Shown piece by piece: positions 1-9,371 of a stretch of 64,000 nt of DNA (positions are counted from its first letter, which is position 1; every line of letters begins with the position of its first letter). Position numbers and translations under genes: made by a program. The notes under the pieces were generated by a model. It had not been told where the DNA came from, did no database searches, and saw only the letters and a program-made list of their open reading frames with translations. Source of the DNA: Polyangiaceae bacterium (GTDB lineage: Bacteria; Myxococcota_A; Polyangia; Polyangiales; Polyangiaceae); the NCBI GenBank assembly GCA_965222375.1, contig CBDCTZ010000016.1:1824001-1888000 (forward strand), read 5' to 3'.

Positions 1-204
1 GTGTTCGGCACCCTGGAAAACGGCATTCGGGTGCTCGCCTTCTGCACCGATGAAGTGAATCCGGAGCCGGCAAAAATTTCCGGCCTGGTGACCGCAGGCG
101 GCGGCACGCCCAAGGTGAAGGTCACCTGCGACAAGGGGGATTTGACCCGGGTGGAAGTCGCCGGAGCCTTGGCCAGCAAACGGGAGTGGCTACCGAAGCG
201 TTGA
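1..204 (+). CDS. 3' end of a CDS truncated by the window edge; function not recognised
   Basis: Open frame from position 1 to TGA at 202-204, directly upstream of the next gene. Confidence 0.5.
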   Translation: MFGTLENGIRVLAFCTDEVNPEPAKISGLVTAGGGTPKVKVTCDKGDLTRVEVAGALASKREWLPKR

Positions 205-205
205 C

Positions 206-712
206 GTGCTGCAGTCAGCGGACGTGAAGACGCTGCTGCTGCTCCGCCACGCCAAGTCCAGCTGGTCCGACTCCAGCTTGGACGACCACGATCGTCCGCT
301 GAACAAGCGAGGCAAGCGGGATGCCCCCCGCATGGCCCGTTTCATCGTCGACTCGGGATGGGTCCCGGACATCATCATCAGCTCCACTGCAGCGCGGGCC
401 CGTGCCACGGCGCTGGCGGTTGCCGAGGCTTGCGACTGGTCGCCCAAGCTTAGCCTGCAGCGGGACCTGTATCTTGCGTCGCCCAGTGACTACCTGGCTG
501 CGCTTGAAGAGGTGCCACCCCAAGCGGCGCGGGTCCTGATGGTCGGGCACAACCCCGGAATCGAGGAGCTCGCCGACCAACTCTCCGGAATCACCGTGTT
601 CATGCCTACTGCGGCCCTCGTCGTGCTCGAGTCGTCCGCGCCCTTCGCGGAGTTTTCTTCCCACGGCGCGAATATAGTTGGCAACCACCGGCCCAAAGAG
701 CTCGATGAGTGA
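206..712 (+). CDS. sixA: SixA-type histidine phosphatase
   Basis: LLLLRHAKS, DHDRPLNKRG, SSTAARARAT, LMVGHNPGI and MPTAA motifs. Confidence 0.9.
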   Translation: MLQSADVKTLLLLRHAKSSWSDSSLDDHDRPLNKRGKRDAPRMARFIVDSGWVPDIIISSTAARARATALAVAEACDWSPKLSLQRDLYLASPSDYLAALEEVPPQAARVLMVGHNPGIEELADQLSGITVFMPTAALVVLESSAPFAEFSSHGANIVGNHRPKELDE

Positions 713-805
713 GGCAACGCGCCCCTACGGGATGCGCGCCACGTCAACCTGTGCTGTGGCGACGGCTTTCACGCAACTGGCGCCGTCTGCAGCCGAGCAG
801 CGGTC

Positions 806-1936
806 ATGTCTGCTCTCGCCCGCCTGCGCTCTTCCGCCCATCTACTCTGTTTGGTTGTCTTTGCCGCGTGTTCTTCTGAGCCCGCGGCAAAGATCGCGTC
901 GCCAGCCGAGCAAGAACCGTATCGCCCGCGCCCGAGGCCCGAGCCGGCGGTGAGTGGTTCGCTTCCCAATTGGGCGGCGACGGCATTGTTCGCGGCGCAC
1001 GTAGACGGTGGTGTGCTCGCGGTGGACGGCGCGACGGGCAACCTACGCGACCACGCCCTTCCTGGTCAGTACGTCGTGGATCTGAACTGGGATCCCGTAG
1101 GTGAACGCCTGCTGGCGGCAGTCTTGTTGCCTGAAGCGGAGGGCGGAACCGTCGTGGCTTTGAGCCTCACCGAGGAGGGACTCGTCGAATCCAGCGAATC
1201 TCCGCCCTTCGATGGGGAGCTCAGGATCCTGGCCGGAGCGGCAGGGATCCTGCTGCTCAACCACTTCGACGCCACGAGCTGGCAACTCCTCGACCCACAC
1301 CTTTCACCCTCCGCGCCGGGTCGAGCCGTGGTGACGCCGACGGGCCTGAGGCCACTGCGAAGCTCAGCGGGCAGCGCTTGGCTCGCTCTCGATACCACCG
1401 GCGCATCCGCCAGTGGCTACGAAGACGCTCTCGTGCGCGTCGAGCACAGCGCCACCCGTTTCAGCGCTCAGTTCCTCGCTTTCTCCGCGCCGGATCGCCC
1501 CGAGTCCCGCTTGGTGCAGGGCGAAAACTCACGCAACTGGATCGCCCGCAAGCCCGATGAAGCCGCGTGGGTCGAGCTTGGCAGTTACGACATCAATGCA
1601 CCATCGGTACCTTCTTTCAATCGCATTGATCTCGCTGCCCCGCTCGGCCCGCTCATTGACGCCACCTTCGTCCCGCCCGGGGATCGCGTTGCGCTCTTGC
1701 TTGGCGGCTCCGAATCCCACCTGGCGCTCATCGATGACCATGTCGTCACGGTGCCGGTGCCTGGAGGCGCCATCCCTGAATTGCTCTTTCCACGAAAGAT
1801 GGTCTGGCAGAAGTCCACCGATCGTTTGTGGGTGGCAACAGAGCTGGGCTTGACCGCATTCGCAGCCTCCCAAGACGGCTGGCCCCAAGTCGCCCACATC
1901 ACGCAGGCACGCGGCCCCGTGGCGATCGCGCAATGA
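806..1936 (+). CDS. Hypothetical lipoprotein, possibly beta-propeller-like
   Basis: 376-aa ORF with hydrophobic signal and lipobox-like FAAC. Confidence 0.6.
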   Translation: MSALARLRSSAHLLCLVVFAACSSEPAAKIASPAEQEPYRPRPRPEPAVSGSLPNWAATALFAAHVDGGVLAVDGATGNLRDHALPGQYVVDLNWDPVGERLLAAVLLPEAEGGTVVALSLTEEGLVESSESPPFDGELRILAGAAGILLLNHFDATSWQLLDPHLSPSAPGRAVVTPTGLRPLRSSAGSAWLALDTTGASASGYEDALVRVEHSATRFSAQFLAFSAPDRPESRLVQGENSRNWIARKPDEAAWVELGSYDINAPSVPSFNRIDLAAPLGPLIDATFVPPGDRVALLLGGSESHLALIDDHVVTVPVPGGAIPELLFPRKMVWQKSTDRLWVATELGLTAFAASQDGWPQVAHITQARGPVAIAQ

Positions 1937-1983
1937 CGCGCGGTGAGTGGCTGCGGCAACAGGTGCTCGAAGTGGAGTGACGC

Positions 1984-2610
1984 ATGGCCCATGACGATCC
2001 GGTTGCCCGTTTGAATCCGCTGCATCCGGGCGCTAAGCTGCTCTCGGTGAACGACGACTCCACCAAGCGCCGCGCGACTTACGAGGACGTGCTCGCTGCG
2101 CCGCCACACATGGTGGCGGAAGTTGTTGACGGCGTGCTCTACCAAAGCCCGCGACCCGCCATGCCGCATGTGATTGCAGCATCCGCGATCGGCGAGGAGT
2201 TGGGACCACCTTTCAAGCGAGGCCGCGGCGGTCCTGGTGGCTGGATGATTCTGTACGAGCCCGAGATCCATCTGGGCGAGCACATCGTGGTTCCGGACTT
2301 GGGGGGATGGCGCCGAGAGCGCCTTCCGGTGGTTCCCGATGTGGCCTACCTCGAACTGTCGCCGGACTGGGCCTGCGAGGTGCTGTCGCAATCGACGCGG
2401 CGTTTGGACCGTGGTCCCAAGCGCGACGTCTACCTAGCGGCCGGCGTTCCGTGGCTTTGGTTCGTTGAACCCTTGGACCAACTGATCGAAGTGTTGCAAT
2501 TGGATGGCGCCACCTATCGCATCGCCATGACCGTGACCGGCGGCGACCCGGTGCGGCTGCCTCCCTTTGACGCCATCGAGTTGCCCTTGTCGGCGTTGTG
2601 GCAGCGGTGA
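1984..2610 (+). CDS. Uma2 family (PD-(D/E)XK-like) endonuclease; true start may be GTG at 2047
   Basis: ATYEDVLAAPPHMVAEVVDG, EPEIHLG, VPDLGGWRRER, PDWACEVLS, YLAAGVPWLW motifs. Confidence 0.9.
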   Translation: MAHDDPVARLNPLHPGAKLLSVNDDSTKRRATYEDVLAAPPHMVAEVVDGVLYQSPRPAMPHVIAASAIGEELGPPFKRGRGGPGGWMILYEPEIHLGEHIVVPDLGGWRRERLPVVPDVAYLELSPDWACEVLSQSTRRLDRGPKRDVYLAAGVPWLWFVEPLDQLIEVLQLDGATYRIAMTVTGGDPVRLPPFDAIELPLSALWQR

Positions 2611-2620
2611 CTCTGCAAGG

Positions 2621-2829
2621 CGGACGCCGAAAGCGGAAGCAGACGCCCACGCAAACGCAGAAGCGCCAACGCGGAAGCCGACGCCAACGCGGAAGCGCAC
2701 GCAGAAGGCGGAAGCAGACGCCGACGCTAGCGCGGAAGCGTACGCTGCCGCCAACGTGGAAGCGGAAGCAGACGCCGACACCAATGCGGAAGTAGACGCA
2801 TACGTGGAAGCGGATACCGGCGCGTACGC
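2621..2829 (+). repeat. Low-complexity array of 6-nt units (GCGGAA/GCAGAC/GACGCC/AACGC variants)
   Basis: Recurrent gcggaagc, agacgcc and aacgc words over ~210 bp between Uma2 and the four-helix-bundle gene. Confidence 0.85.
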
Positions 2830-2941
2830 TTTCGATGGGCGGGGTGGTGTGGGTGCGACGGATTTGTGCAACCCCGTGCCAGCTGTCGCTGTCACTTGGG
2901 GTTGCATTCAAGGTGTGCCGGGAGACGGCTGGGTACGCGAT

Positions 2942-2979
2942 TCGAAACCTCCAACCCTTCGGGTGATTGGAGGTTTCGA
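2942..2979 (+). promoter_or_regulatory. Stem-loop with 13-bp perfect arms covering the Shine-Dalgarno of the downstream gene
   Basis: TCGAAACCTCCAA (2942-2954) pairs with TTGGAGGTTTCGA (2967-2979); cTTCGg loop; GGAGG at 2969-2973; ATG at 2984. Confidence 0.75.
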
Positions 2980-2983
2980 TACA

Positions 2984-3331
2984 ATGAACGAGTCCACTAC
3001 ATCTTTGCTTCCGCATCATCGGTTGCGGGCGTATCGCGTTGCGCTGGAGTTCCTGGCCGCGGTAAAGGCGGCGAATATTCGGGAGCGGGTTGACCGTGAC
3101 CAGGCCATCCGATCCGCCAAGAGCGTCTGTCGAAACCTCGCCGAGGCTACGGGTCGCGTGTCCCGCGCGGACAAGGCGCGCGTGTTCGGCATCGCTCGGG
3201 GCGAAACTGTCGAGGCCATCGCCACCACCGAAATCGCCGTGGAAGCTGGCGAGGCGTCACCCGCGGCGCTGCCTCGCGTGCTCGAGCGCGGCAATGCGCT
3301 GTACGCCATGCTCACGGCGCTATCGCGCTGA
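2984..3331 (+). CDS. Four helix bundle protein (23S rRNA intervening-sequence protein / Avd-like family)
   Basis: 115 aa: HHRLRAYRVA, DQAIRSAKSVCRNLAEATGR, ARGETVE, MLTAL; GGAGG RBS. Confidence 0.85.
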   Translation: MNESTTSLLPHHRLRAYRVALEFLAAVKAANIRERVDRDQAIRSAKSVCRNLAEATGRVSRADKARVFGIARGETVEAIATTEIAVEAGEASPAALPRVLERGNALYAMLTALSR

Positions 3332-3340
3332 GCATGATTG

Positions 3341-3408
3341 CCCGCGGGCCAAACAGCGAGATTAGTGCACCAGGGCGAATAGGGCCACGACCCCAAAAAC
3401 CAAAACCG
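3341..3408 (-). repeat. Dispersed intergenic motif, copy 1
   Basis: Minus strand: ttttggtttttGGGGTCG-N16-GGTGCACTAATCTCG-N6-GGCCCGCGGG. Confidence 0.7.
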
Positions 3409-3431
3409 TATAGCGCTCTGCTCAGTCGTTG

Positions 3432-4607
3432 CTATTGGCTCGTGGCGTCACTTCTGAGAACGCCTCGCGTTTTGGGTGTGTAATCGGGGAACACTTTGGC
3501 CAGCTTGGTGCGGGGCAATCGGGCGAGGGCTAGTTCGGCGAGCACGTCCCGGTAGTCGATGGTGACGCGCAGATCGCCCGGGGATTCGAGATCTCCCGGG
3601 GCGAGGCCGGGCCATTCGGTGATCACCCGGCCGCCGCGCACCTCGCCGCCGAGCACGAACATCACTCCGGCGCGACCATGGTCCGTGCCGAAGGTGGTGT
3701 TTTCGTAGCTACGTCGGCCGAACTCGGTCATCACCACGATGGTTGTGCGCTCCAAGTGCTCACCCAGGTCTTGTCGGAATGCAGAAATGCCTTTGCCCAG
3801 CTGGTCCACTTGGTCCGAAAAGGACGCTTGTTGTCCGAAGTGGGTGTCCCAGCCGCCGAGGTCAACACTGGCCGCGTGAACGCCCACGTCGGCCTTGATC
3901 AGCCGTGCGACGTCTGCGAGCTGTCGGCCAAAGGAATGCTTGGGGTAGCTGTCGCGCGGCGGCGCGGTTCGGTCGAGCTCACGCAGGCGCTTCAGGGTGG
4001 CGAGGGCGTCGCGGCCCGCTTTCCCCAAGTCGTCCCGACTTGCGCCGTAGAGACGGCCGAGGGCGGCTTCGAACCCTGCGTCGACACTGTTGCCCAAGGC
4101 GTAGTCTGCCAAGCTTGCCAGCACGCTCGCGGCCGGCGCTGCGCGGAGGGATTCGGGGAGTCGCGTGCCCATGGCGACTGCACTCAGGCTGCCTGCCCGC
4201 CCCTGCGCGCGAAGCAGGCGAGCGAGCCAACCGCTGCCCAGTGCCCTGCTCGCGCTCTCTCCTCGTTCCATTTGGTCTTGGGCTTCGAAGTGAGAGCGGG
4301 TTTGGTCGTCGGAGCCGATCGCGTGCACGATGGCAAGCTCGCCGCTTCGGAATGCGGGGAGCCAGCTAGCGAGGCGAGGGTGAAGTCCGAAGCGCTCGTC
4401 GAGGGGCAGGCAGCGGGATTCAGTGTCCGCGTGGTCGGGGCGGGGCACTGCAAGGGAGGGCCGCAGCGCGTAGTAGCGGTCTTCGAAGTGAGGCACCACC
4501 AGGTTCAGGGCGTCCGCACCACCGCGCAAGAACACGCAGACTAGCGGTGCTAGAGCGCGCCCGCTGTCTGGGAGCGATAATCCGAGCTTGGCGTGCGCTC
4601 CGGGCAT
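3432..4607 (-). CDS. DUF1501 domain protein
   Basis: VFLRGGADALN, YYALRP, FGLHP, RSHFEAQ, GGWDTH, TEFGR, GTDHG motifs. Confidence 0.9.
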   Translation of the reverse strand: MPGAHAKLGLSLPDSGRALAPLVCVFLRGGADALNLVVPHFEDRYYALRPSLAVPRPDHADTESRCLPLDERFGLHPRLASWLPAFRSGELAIVHAIGSDDQTRSHFEAQDQMERGESASRALGSGWLARLLRAQGRAGSLSAVAMGTRLPESLRAAPAASVLASLADYALGNSVDAGFEAALGRLYGASRDDLGKAGRDALATLKRLRELDRTAPPRDSYPKHSFGRQLADVARLIKADVGVHAASVDLGGWDTHFGQQASFSDQVDQLGKGISAFRQDLGEHLERTTIVVMTEFGRRSYENTTFGTDHGRAGVMFVLGGEVRGGRVITEWPGLAPGDLESPGDLRVTIDYRDVLAELALARLPRTKLAKVFPDYTPKTRGVLRSDATSQ

Positions 4608-6070
4608 CAGTGCCTCTGAAACGCGGGGCTCGCGAGGGCAAGGGCCACGACATCCGGGTTCACCTCATTGGCATAGGCGCGGATGGTGGACAGCTCTTTG
4701 GCGGTGGGCGCACGTCCAAACAGATGCCCCAGGACGAGCGCGACTTTCGGGTGGGGGCCGGTAACGGCGCGCGCGAGTGCCGCTGCGTTGATCTTGGTTC
4801 CCGGGATTTCGTTTGCCGTGAGCGAGCGGGCGAAGCGAAACCGCCCCAACAATCCCGCGGTCCAATGCCGGGAGTGGATTGGGTAGCCATCTGGGGTGGG
4901 GAATTGAAACAGACCTTGCCCCATCTGAACCAACGACGAACCGAAGGGTCCACGACCGTGGGTTTGTGCGCCGAGAGCCCTGAGTGCGGACACCACGAAG
5001 CGAAAGGGGCGCTTCAGTTTCTGGCCGCGGGCCGCGCGAAACTCCTCGCTGGTCAGGACGGTCCGGACGACGGGTTTCAGGTCGCCTCCATGGGCGCGAA
5101 ACGCGTCAGCAGCGCGGCGCACCAAGGCTGCAGGTGATTCGTCCGAGACGAACCAGCGGCATAGTTTGCCCGCGACGAACTTCGAACAGGACGGATGCTG
5201 CACCACGATGTCGATGAGGCGGTCGACGTCGGCCGGGCCGCCGCCGGAGCCGATGCGCTTTCCCAAAACGATCTTCTCGCCGTCATCGTGGCGTGACGAT
5301 ACGAACTCGACCTTCCCCGGCGTGCGCCCCTCGCGAACGACCCAGCCTGTGAGGCACCTCGCCGCCTCCATCACGTCGCGCTGGGTGTAACCACCCTTCA
5401 CGCCAAGGGCGTGGAGCTCGAGCAGCTCCCGGGCGTAGTTTTCGTTTGGCTGTTCGTCGGGTTTGGTTCGCTGATTGTTCCTGCCGTCGAGGTAGACGAG
5501 CATCGCTGGGGACAGCGCTGACGCCTTCAATAGCTCCGGAAAACGACCCAGAGCATGCTTGCGAATGACTTCGCGCTCGTCCGTTGGCTTGAGGTGTTTG
5601 CAGAGCGACTTGCCGATCGCGATGTTGAAGTGGTCGCGAAAGAACATCACCATCACTTCGTGCAATTGCCGGCGCGAGTACACGGCTCGAAGTAGCGTGT
5701 AAGTGATCAGCTGCTTCTCAATGGCTTCTGGTCGCAATTCGAAGGCCAAATCCGGAGGCCAATGCGCGGCGTCGATGAATGCCGTGCGCAGCCAAGCCCC
5801 GGGGTCATCGACGCCCTCGGGCTGTAGCTGTCGTTCAACCCATTGAGCTTCCCCCAGCGCGCGAACCTCATCGACTTCGCCTGGAGTTGGCCCGAAGGCA
5901 GCCCGGGACAGCAGATGGTGGGCGGCATCGATACCCTTGGACATCGGCGGCGAAAACGATTCGAAGGTGCTGCCTTCGAACTGGCGCGCCACGGTATCGA
6001 CGACGCCGTCGCAGCCGAGTGCCAGGCTACCCAGGGCGCCCGACTTCAGGAAGTCACGCCGCGTGGACAT
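4607..6070 (-). CDS. DUF1800 domain protein with Tat-like signal
   Basis: MSTRRDFLK start at 6070; HLLSRAAFGP, PAMLVYLDG, PNENYARELLELHALG, ARCLTGW. Confidence 0.9.
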   Translation of the reverse strand: MSTRRDFLKSGALGSLALGCDGVVDTVARQFEGSTFESFSPPMSKGIDAAHHLLSRAAFGPTPGEVDEVRALGEAQWVERQLQPEGVDDPGAWLRTAFIDAAHWPPDLAFELRPEAIEKQLITYTLLRAVYSRRQLHEVMVMFFRDHFNIAIGKSLCKHLKPTDEREVIRKHALGRFPELLKASALSPAMLVYLDGRNNQRTKPDEQPNENYARELLELHALGVKGGYTQRDVMEAARCLTGWVVREGRTPGKVEFVSSRHDDGEKIVLGKRIGSGGGPADVDRLIDIVVQHPSCSKFVAGKLCRWFVSDESPAALVRRAADAFRAHGGDLKPVVRTVLTSEEFRAARGQKLKRPFRFVVSALRALGAQTHGRGPFGSSLVQMGQGLFQFPTPDGYPIHSRHWTAGLLGRFRFARSLTANEIPGTKINAAALARAVTGPHPKVALVLGHLFGRAPTAKELSTIRAYANEVNPDVVALALASPAFQRH

Positions 6071-6617
6071 GGCCTTCGGAGTTGGCCGGAGTGGGTGCAC
6101 CCAAGAACTCTGGCGCGCTGACCAGGGTGTGCTCTCGAATTCGACGCGGACTTTTCGAGAACACCGCCAGGATGGCTGCACCGACGCTGCCGAAGAGAGC
6201 GATCGGTAGCGCGACGAACCAACCCAACAATGGGAATGCGAAAGCGAGCTCCAGGATGACCACTGCGCGTACCACTGGCGTTCCGCCCCTCGGCGCTGGC
6301 GTGTTTCGGGCGATGCGCAGGACCAGCCCGCTCATACCCACCAGCCCGACGGCGACGACCATCATGACGCCCACCATTCCGATGAACTTCAGGGCTCCCG
6401 TCGGCGCCTTGGTCAGTGCCAAGGACACAGTCAGCAGCACCAGCGCAATCGGAACGCCGATCACGCAAGACAGGCCTGCATTGTTCGTCCAACAGCCCTC
6501 AGCCCGCTCCGCAAAGCGCGGCCACAAGGCGGTGACCAGCAGGATGCTCGCTCCCATCGAGAGCAAGAGGCCGACGGATAGCGCAGTGAAAAACAGCGTA
6601 CTCCCCACATATGGCAT
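6054..6617 (-). CDS. Hypothetical membrane protein (about 4 TM), first gene of the DUF1800/DUF1501 operon
   Basis: Hydrophobic segments; overlaps the DUF1800 start. Confidence 0.7.
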   Translation of the reverse strand: MPYVGSTLFFTALSVGLLLSMGASILLVTALWPRFAERAEGCWTNNAGLSCVIGVPIALVLLTVSLALTKAPTGALKFIGMVGVMMVVAVGLVGMSGLVLRIARNTPAPRGGTPVVRAVVILELAFAFPLLGWFVALPIALFGSVGAAILAVFSKSPRRIREHTLVSAPEFLGAPTPANSEGHVHAA

Positions 6618-6986
6618 ATGTGGCCTTCGCCCGAGCCCCCGACCTTATTTCGCCGTCGGCTCTGACTTTCCAATAAGACGCCCACGCGCATCGGGGCACA
6701 GTGTCGGACAATGTGGGCAGGCGATGCGCCAAGCCACGAAACGGATGGGTTCTTCCAGCGTCGGCGCCACAGGAGCGCCAGCAACAAGACAAGCGACCAG
6801 CCGCCGCGTGAGTGCCCGTCATCGTGCGACAGCCGCGTCCGGGGTCTTGGCCCTGCGAGCTAGATTCGAAACACGCGAACGCATGGCTTTGCTAGCGAAA
6901 GATGCATGATCCATGCCCGTGGGTGCTGGAACACATTTGTTGAAAGCCGGGCTATGCGCTGGTCTGAGAGAGGATGACTTGCGACG

Positions 6987-7565
6987 GTGCCGGCGATGAG
7001 CATCAAGGACTTTTTCAGGGGCGCCGTGCGCAAGGTGTTGCGATCTGACAAGGCGTCAGAGGTGGCGGAATGCGTTGCGACCTCGGAGACGGCCCAGCAG
7101 GTGGCCCGGGATGCGGCGCGATCCCCCGCGGCCCGCAAGCTGGTGAAGCAGGCGGCGGAGTCCGAGTTCGTGCGCGACGTGGCCAAGGAAGTCGCGACTT
7201 CCGAGCTTGCGAAGGACCTGGCGCGCAGTGCGGCCAGTCGCGCGGCTCAGAGCATCACCCGGCGTGTGAAGGACGAAGCCGGCAAGGTTGCGGCGGAGCT
7301 TTTCGACGACGATGCGGATGGCCGCGCCGATGCTGGTAGCGGTTCAGGGGCACCCGGTGCTCGGTCGGATGTCGACGACCCGCGCACAGCCGCTGAACTC
7401 GAAAGTGCGCAGCGCGCAGCTACCGAGCGGGCGCGCTGGGATCGTCAACAGGCCCAGCAACGTCGAGATTGGGCGGCGGCGGAGCTGCGCCGAGCCGAGG
7501 CAGAAAAGGTGCGCGAGATCGATGACGAGTTGGCCGCGCTCAAGAAAAAGCTCGGCAAGGGCTGA
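6987..7565 (+). CDS. Hypothetical helical protein
   Basis: 192-aa ORF ending in coiled-coil IDDELAALKKKLGKG. Confidence 0.65.
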   Translation: MPAMSIKDFFRGAVRKVLRSDKASEVAECVATSETAQQVARDAARSPAARKLVKQAAESEFVRDVAKEVATSELAKDLARSAASRAAQSITRRVKDEAGKVAAELFDDDADGRADAGSGSGAPGARSDVDDPRTAAELESAQRAATERARWDRQQAQQRRDWAAAELRRAEAEKVREIDDELAALKKKLGKG

Positions 7566-7566
7566 G

Positions 7567-8169
7567 TCAAGCCATCTCTTCGCGTAGACGGATCGGTCCG
7601 AACTTCTCCGGGTAGCGCGGCTTGGGGTTCGCCTTGTCGTAGAAGGCGCGAATTGCGTCCATGTCGGTTTTCACATCGCCTGTGAGTTCGATGGGTGGAC
7701 CGAAGCCGCCCTCCTTATGGCGGTAGTCGAGGAAGCCCGGCACGATCGGGACCTTGGCTCCCAATGCGATTCGATAGAAGCCCGACTTCCAGAAGTCCGC
7801 GCGTTTGCGCGTGCCCTCCGGCGGAATGGCCAAGTAGAACTCGTCTCGACGCCCGAACTCTTCGACCATCTCGCCGACCATGCCGTGGGGCTTGCTGCGG
7901 TCGATGGGCACGCCGCCCACCTTGCGGATCACGATGCCGACGGGCGGCTTGCCCCAATCGTCTTTGACCATCCAGGAAATGGTTAGGCCGATGGACTGGG
8001 CCAGCAGCACCAACAAGAGTCCGTCCATGTTGTCGGTATGGGGTGCGGCTAGGCAAACGGCGCGCTTGGGTTCGGGACGCTCGCCGACGTAGCGCCAGCC
8101 TCCCAGGGCTCGCAGTCCAGCGCGAGCGACCCGCGCGGTGAGGGTTTTCGGGTCGCGTCGCTGGGGCAT
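7567..8169 (-). CDS. 1-acyl-sn-glycerol-3-phosphate acyltransferase family (PlsC-like)
   Basis: APHTDNMD (HxxxxD), GGVPIDR, PEGTR, KSGFYRIA. Confidence 0.9.
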   Translation of the reverse strand: MPQRRDPKTLTARVARAGLRALGGWRYVGERPEPKRAVCLAAPHTDNMDGLLLVLLAQSIGLTISWMVKDDWGKPPVGIVIRKVGGVPIDRSKPHGMVGEMVEEFGRRDEFYLAIPPEGTRKRADFWKSGFYRIALGAKVPIVPGFLDYRHKEGGFGPPIELTGDVKTDMDAIRAFYDKANPKPRYPEKFGPIRLREEMA

Positions 8170-8306
8170 TTCACCGAGGGGTCTAGCACGAGTCAGGTAT
8201 TTCCAACTGGACCATGGCCCGCGCTCCCCATGTTAGGACTATCAGCGAGCTTCCCGCGCTGCCTCAGCGCTTGGAGACATCATCTAGCCACCCCAGCGAG
8301 GTCATC

Positions 8307-8735
8307 ATGTCAAATACTCAACCGGCCAAGGGCCAATGTTTGTGCGGCGCCGTGAAGATTATTGCCAAGGCGATGAGCCGTTCAGTCGGAGCTTGCCATT
8401 GCAGCATGTGTCGGCGATGGGGAGGTGGGCCGCTGCTCGTCGTGAACTGCGGTAGCGACATCTCGTTTGAAGGTGAAGAGCAGGTGCGCCGCTTCTCGTC
8501 GTCCGAATGGGCCGAGCGCGGTTTCTGCTCGCAGTGCGGCAGTCACTTGTTCTACCGACTGAAGCAAGCGGACAAGTACATCATGATGTCAGGTGTCTTC
8601 GACGACGCGGAAGGCATGGTCTTCGACCATCAGGTCTTCATCGACGAAAAGCCCGCTCACTACGAGTTCGCCAACGAGACCAAGAACATGACGGGCGCGG
8701 AAGTCGTCGCCATGTTTGCCCCGCCACAATCGTGA
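8307..8735 (+). CDS. GFA family (Mss4-like) Zn protein
   Basis: GQCLCGAV, CHCSMCRR, RGFCSQCGSHL; ATG at 8307. Confidence 0.9.
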   Translation: MSNTQPAKGQCLCGAVKIIAKAMSRSVGACHCSMCRRWGGGPLLVVNCGSDISFEGEEQVRRFSSSEWAERGFCSQCGSHLFYRLKQADKYIMMSGVFDDAEGMVFDHQVFIDEKPAHYEFANETKNMTGAEVVAMFAPPQS

Positions 8736-8745
8736 CCTAGGCGGA

Positions 8746-9096
8746 GTGCTTCTCTACAAGATCCTATCCACGTCGCTTTGGGAGGCTCGTGGTGGAGAAG
8801 TGCCGCCCGCGCCTATCGACGAACAGGACGGCTTCATTCACTTGAGCACGGGCGCCCAACTGCGCGAGACGGCCGAAAAGCACTTCGCCAACCGTACGGA
8901 GCTGACCCTCATCGTCGTCGATTCCGACGCCCTCGAGGCCGATAGCTTGCGCTGGGAGGTTTCCCGCGGTGGCGATCTATTTCCCCACGTGTATGGCGCG
9001 TTGCCCCTGAGCGCTGTGATCGAGACGAGCGAATTGGTCGGTGACCAAGCAGGTGCGTTCGAGTTTCCAGCCGACATTGTCGGAACAACCGCCTGA
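8746..9096 (+). CDS. DUF952 domain protein
   Basis: LYKIL, DGFIHLST, LRWE, FPHVYG motifs. Confidence 0.85.
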   Translation: MLLYKILSTSLWEARGGEVPPAPIDEQDGFIHLSTGAQLRETAEKHFANRTELTLIVVDSDALEADSLRWEVSRGGDLFPHVYGALPLSAVIETSELVGDQAGAFEFPADIVGTTA

Positions 9097-9136
9097 GCGC
9101 GCACACCTCTTGAAGTCGGCGCTGCTTCAGCGGTTG

Positions 9137-9203
9137 CGGTTTGGTTTTTGGGGGTCGGGTCGCTGGGGCACCGAGGGCCACTATTCCCGCTAAAGGCCAC
9201 AGG
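9137..9203 (+). repeat. Dispersed intergenic motif, copy 2
   Basis: tttggtttttgGGGGTCG-N17-GGGCCACTATTCCCG-N5-GGCCACAGG. Confidence 0.8.
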
Positions 9204-9213
9204 CGAATCGCAA

Positions 9214-9310
9214 CCCCTGGCCTTGTGTGGGAGTAGCGGCAGAAGGCGCGCCAGGGGACGCGCTTCGTAATACCCGAAGGGGTGCGACCCCAACCCCAAA
9301 CCAAAATCCG
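9214..9310 (-). repeat. Dispersed intergenic motif, copy 3 (inverted relative to copy 2, longer spacer)
   Basis: Minus strand: ttttggtttggggttGGGGTCG ... TGCCGCTACTCCCA-N5-GGCCAGGGG. Confidence 0.7.
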
Positions 9311-9371
9311 TGCCTGGTTTCGATCAAATCGGCGCGTTGTAGCGGCGGCTGCTCGGTGCCAGGCTGCGCGC

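Noticed and set aside
2567..2983. N-terminal extension of the four-helix-bundle ORF (254-aa version)
   Set aside because: It is a translation of the hexamer array, which is open in several frames; a good RBS and ATG sit at 2969-2986
2984..3331. Diversity-generating retroelement or rRNA intervening sequence
   Set aside because: No reverse transcriptase, no TR/VR pair and no rRNA gene seen in the window
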